A DNA stretch of 64,000 nt from NCBI GenBank assembly GCA_016839555.1, contig JAEOUA010000003.1, forward strand, positions 256,001 to 320,000, read 5' to 3'. Origin of the DNA: Promethearchaeota archaeon. GTDB taxonomy: Archaea > Asgardarchaeota > Lokiarchaeia > Sigyniarchaeales > SOKP01. The notes under the pieces were generated by a model. That model was not told the origin of the DNA and did no database searches. It saw only the letters and a program-made list of their open reading frames with translations. Position 1 is the first letter of the stretch. Every line of letters begins with the position of its first letter. Position numbers and translations under genes: made by a program. Positions 61,111 to 64,000 of this stretch are shown here, piece after piece.

Positions 61111-62622
61111 TTTTTCCTGCCAATGTTGGCAGACTTCCGCTAAACTGATATCTTCTGATTCAGACTTGAAATGCCTTTCTCTGACATCAATAAATATAGG
61201 ATAGTTCACTGCATTTCCCATTAATAACATCTCGCCAACACCCAAGGTGGAAATCATATCCGCATATTTTTTAGTAATTGCTTCAGAACTATCCATTAGA
61301 TGTTTTAAATCGTATGGATTTTTAATATTTAAAATCATCTTGGAATTCATTTGAGATAATGCTGTTGTACTCAATCGTTTCGGTCTCTGACTAATTAAAC
61401 ATAAACATGCCAAAAACTTTCTTCCCTCTCGAGAAATTGTTTCTAAGATCGATTTCGAAATCGCTTTCGAAAGGGCTGCTTCTGGACAGAATTGGTGAGC
61501 CTCTTCCACTATTAAAAAAAATGGCGGGACCATATCCATCCGGCGTAGATAAAAAAGACGATTGCAAAGATAATCTACAATTATTTGTTTTTTCCTAATA
61601 CTAATTTCTTTTTCTAATGAAAGGATGACCATTTCTCCTTCATTAAGAATATTTTTTAACTTAGGATTTTCCATCGCACCAAAAAGATTTAATCGATCTA
61701 ATTCATTCAACCAACCAATAAGTGCTTGTTTTGTGCTTTTATTGGTATCTGGGTCTTCTTCTATAAAATCCATTAAATCCGAGAGGCTATATTTCCCATT
61801 TTTTTCTTCATCTTTAATTAATTCTTGAATATATTTTGATAATTCGCGTATTTGAACATGCGAAATCTGGTTTTGATATTTCCTAAATGTCCATGCAGAA
61901 AGGTTTGAAGTGGAAATTTGAAAATAAGTAGTATCATACACTTGTATTTTGTCTTTAAATTGTGGGACATCTTTGAGATAGAGATATTCTCCATGCACAT
62001 CAATTAAAACTATCGCAGGTGTACCATTTTTTCGTGATAATAATTCTTCTATAAGTACTGAGGTGAGATAACTTTTTCCCCCACCTGATATCGATAATAT
62101 TGCAAGATGTTTATTCAATAAGCGATCCATATTAATTAATGCCTTATAATTAGTGACTTTCACCGTACCTACATCTAATCCGTCTTCAGTATCGAATCCA
62201 ATAAATTGAGTTAATATTGATTCATCAACAACATAAACTGGCGCACCAGGCGTAGCGGGATAGCTCATTCTGCGTAATTTTTTCATGAGTTCTGGATTTT
62301 GCTTATTGAATTCTATAATTCCAAGGCACTTCACAATTGCTATTGCAAATTCAAAATCATCGCTGGGAAATAATCCTTTTAATATGTTTGGATTTTTATT
62401 TTCATCATAAGCCTTAATAGTAAGCCCATCGGAAAAATATTCATTTAATAAGATGATTTCTTCAATGATGCCAAGTAAATATCCTTCATCTGATTTTGTA
62501 GAAACAAATAACCCTTTTCTCACAAAAATTCCATTTTTCTGCTTCTTGTTAATAATAAAGGGAAATTTAGAAACATTTGGGAAGTCTTGAAAACTAAATA
62601 CCGTTCCAACTTTGGTTGACAT
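61102..62622 (-). CDS. HerA/FtsK family ATPase (HAS barrel plus DUF87)
   Basis: HLAILSISGGGKS Walker A, DVHGEY, VEEAH Walker B, EGRKF, ISQRP. Confidence 0.88.
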   Translation of the reverse strand: MSTKVGTVFSFQDFPNVSKFPFIINKKQKNGIFVRKGLFVSTKSDEGYLLGIIEEIILLNEYFSDGLTIKAYDENKNPNILKGLFPSDDFEFAIAIVKCLGIIEFNKQNPELMKKLRRMSYPATPGAPVYVVDESILTQFIGFDTEDGLDVGTVKVTNYKALINMDRLLNKHLAILSISGGGKSYLTSVLIEELLSRKNGTPAIVLIDVHGEYLYLKDVPQFKDKIQVYDTTYFQISTSNLSAWTFRKYQNQISHVQIRELSKYIQELIKDEEKNGKYSLSDLMDFIEEDPDTNKSTKQALIGWLNELDRLNLFGAMENPKLKNILNEGEMVILSLEKEISIRKKQIIVDYLCNRLFYLRRMDMVPPFFLIVEEAHQFCPEAALSKAISKSILETISREGRKFLACLCLISQRPKRLSTTALSQMNSKMILNIKNPYDLKHLMDSSEAITKKYADMISTLGVGEMLLMGNAVNYPIFIDVRERHFKSESEDISLAEVCQHWQEKLE

Positions 62623-62752
62623 AGTCTTCCTTTTGGAGATATAAGAATCTTTTAGTTATACTCTAAATTAATTAATGATTTAAATAAAACCACTCCCTTG
62701 ATTTTCTAAATCTAAACTTAAGAAAATGAGAGAAAAAAGAGGTGATATGAAT

Positions 62753-63340
62753 TTATTCCGACATTTTATAGATAATTTTAGCTATAAAGTAAAATCCATT
62801 CCTAATAATATAAACTAAGAAGAGTATGATGCCAATTATTATAAAAACTAAGATACCTATAGATAAAATTAACGTTCCTATTGATAAAGTTATAATTGAA
62901 ATTAATGACATCAATAAGCTATCTCCTGAGCCAGAAGAGGTATTTAATATAATTGCTATAGATATTGCAATCAGAACACCGATAGTGCTGACAATAAATC
63001 CGCCAGCAACAATCTTTATCCCAAGCCGATCTCGATATTGTTCTTCTAATTCTTTTTTGGTATAGAGAGTTTTGAGGATTCGTTTTTTCCCCCTTCTATA
63101 AAATCCCACGAAAAAGACCAATAAAATGAATACAAATAAGAAAAACCCAAAAATCCCAACAAGCAGGTATCCTATATTTTTAGAGAAATAATCCTGCACT
63201 CCTTGTAATGGATTAAATATATCCACAAGAGTCCATACACTTCCGACAATAGTGATGAACCATCCAACTACTGAAACTAAATAAAATAAAGTTCCAATAT
63301 TTTCTTGCTTATCACTATAAATTGCATAATTTTCTTCCAT
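62753..63340 (-). CDS. Hypothetical 4-TM membrane protein
   Basis: Two similar TM hairpins, each followed by a basic G-x-x-x-I motif. Confidence 0.7.
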   Translation of the reverse strand: MEENYAIYSDKQENIGTLFYLVSVVGWFITIVGSVWTLVDIFNPLQGVQDYFSKNIGYLLVGIFGFFLFVFILLVFFVGFYRRGKKRILKTLYTKKELEEQYRDRLGIKIVAGGFIVSTIGVLIAISIAIILNTSSGSGDSLLMSLISIITLSIGTLILSIGILVFIIIGIILFLVYIIRNGFYFIAKIIYKMSE

Positions 63341-63476
63341 AGTTTTTCACACGTGAATTAATACTTAAATTTTAATAAATATATAGATTTTTGATATTTA
63401 TTTTTTTATTTCAAGATTTTTATATAAAAAGTTTTGAGTAATTGAAGTATAAAATTTAATAGAAAAATAGAGAAAT

Positions 63477-64000
63477 TTATTTATTAAAAATATCATCAAA
63501 AGTTTTAAAATATTTCTGCTGGTTAATTAAATTATAGAGTTTATAAGAAAAATCATATATCTTATTATAAAATTTATTCTGATTTTCATCTGGGAAATAT
63601 TTCTTTTCGACTTTACATATATTCTCCGCAGCCTCTGAAATATCTGGAAACAATCCAGCGCCAGATGCAGCCAAAATAGCCGCTCCTAAAGAAGTCGCCT
63701 CTTCAATCACATTCCTTACACACACAATATTTAACACATCCGCGATTATTTGGTTCCATAAATCTGAGCGAGCGCCTCCTCCTGTTAACTTCAATTGTAA
63801 GGGCTCTATTCCAATACTTTTAAACACTTCAATATTTTTCTTTATTTCAAACGCAACTCCCTCAAGAATCGATCTATAAAGATCTTTTCGTTCATGACCT
63901 AATGATAATCCAAATAAAATTCCTTTTGAATAGGGATTCCAATGAGGTGCTCCAGCGCCGACAAGGTGTGGAATCATCAATAAACCATTTGCTCCTGAAG
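63477..64000 (-). CDS. FGGY family kinase (xylulokinase-like), 5'-partial
   Basis: PHLVGAGAPHW, RSILEGVAF, GGGARSDLWNQIIADV, TSLGAA; frame open to the window edge. Confidence 0.9.
   Translation of the reverse strand, partial: SGANGLLMIPHLVGAGAPHWNPYSKGILFGLSLGHERKDLYRSILEGVAFEIKKNIEVFKSIGIEPLQLKLTGGGARSDLWNQIIADVLNIVCVRNVIEEATSLGAAILAASGAGLFPDISEAAENICKVEKKYFPDENQNKFYNKIYDFSYKLYNLINQQKYFKTFDDIFNK

Noticed and set aside
61102-62622. HerA-based anti-phage system (Sir2-HerA, DUF4297-HerA)
   Set aside because: No effector gene adjacent; housekeeping context and HAS-barrel archaeal HerA architecture.
1-64000. tRNA, rRNA, IS or integrase genes
   Set aside because: None recognised by eye. Spacers are too AT-rich for structured RNA genes and no ORF has transposase or integrase motifs; tRNAscan-SE and Rfam would be needed to exclude them formally.

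Overview
AT-rich (about 30% GC by eye), gene-dense archaeal chromosome segment. Archaeal information-processing genes (SRP54, aIF-5A, Nob1, FEN1 with PIP box, CDC48, HerA-like ATPase, TrmY-like, Dpo4/DinB) occur with Roadblock, longin-like, SCP2 and stand-alone 7TM proteins, which points to an Asgard archaeon, probably Lokiarchaeia/Promethearchaeota (inference). From start to end: purB and a YyaL-like gene; a truncated gene next to an HhH-type DNA glycosylase; a sulfur/redox/copper block (MBL-rhodanese, CMD, DUF302, CysQ-like, CopA with tandem YHS domains, two paralogous ArsR-like regulators, Prx, OsmC); Bacteroidota-type purM; a CPBP protease, metallophosphoesterase and Roadblock run; a candidate sugar-acid pathway (SDR, orphan FAD protein, DUF362, GPH transporter, OYE, bacterial-type eda and kdgK); a 7TM plus longin gene pair; an internally deleted D-aminoacylase; a YoaC/YoaD-like kinase and dehydrogenase-aldolase fusion interleaved with two SCP2 lipid-carrier genes; a GC-rich surface protein of 7 x 201 bp FG-GAP repeats; and a core housekeeping block. 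aIF-5A, and possibly the DUF362 gene, appear to start at ATT behind a good Shine-Dalgarno. I found no rRNA, tRNA, CRISPR array or transposase. All family assignments come from motif recognition and recall, not database searches.
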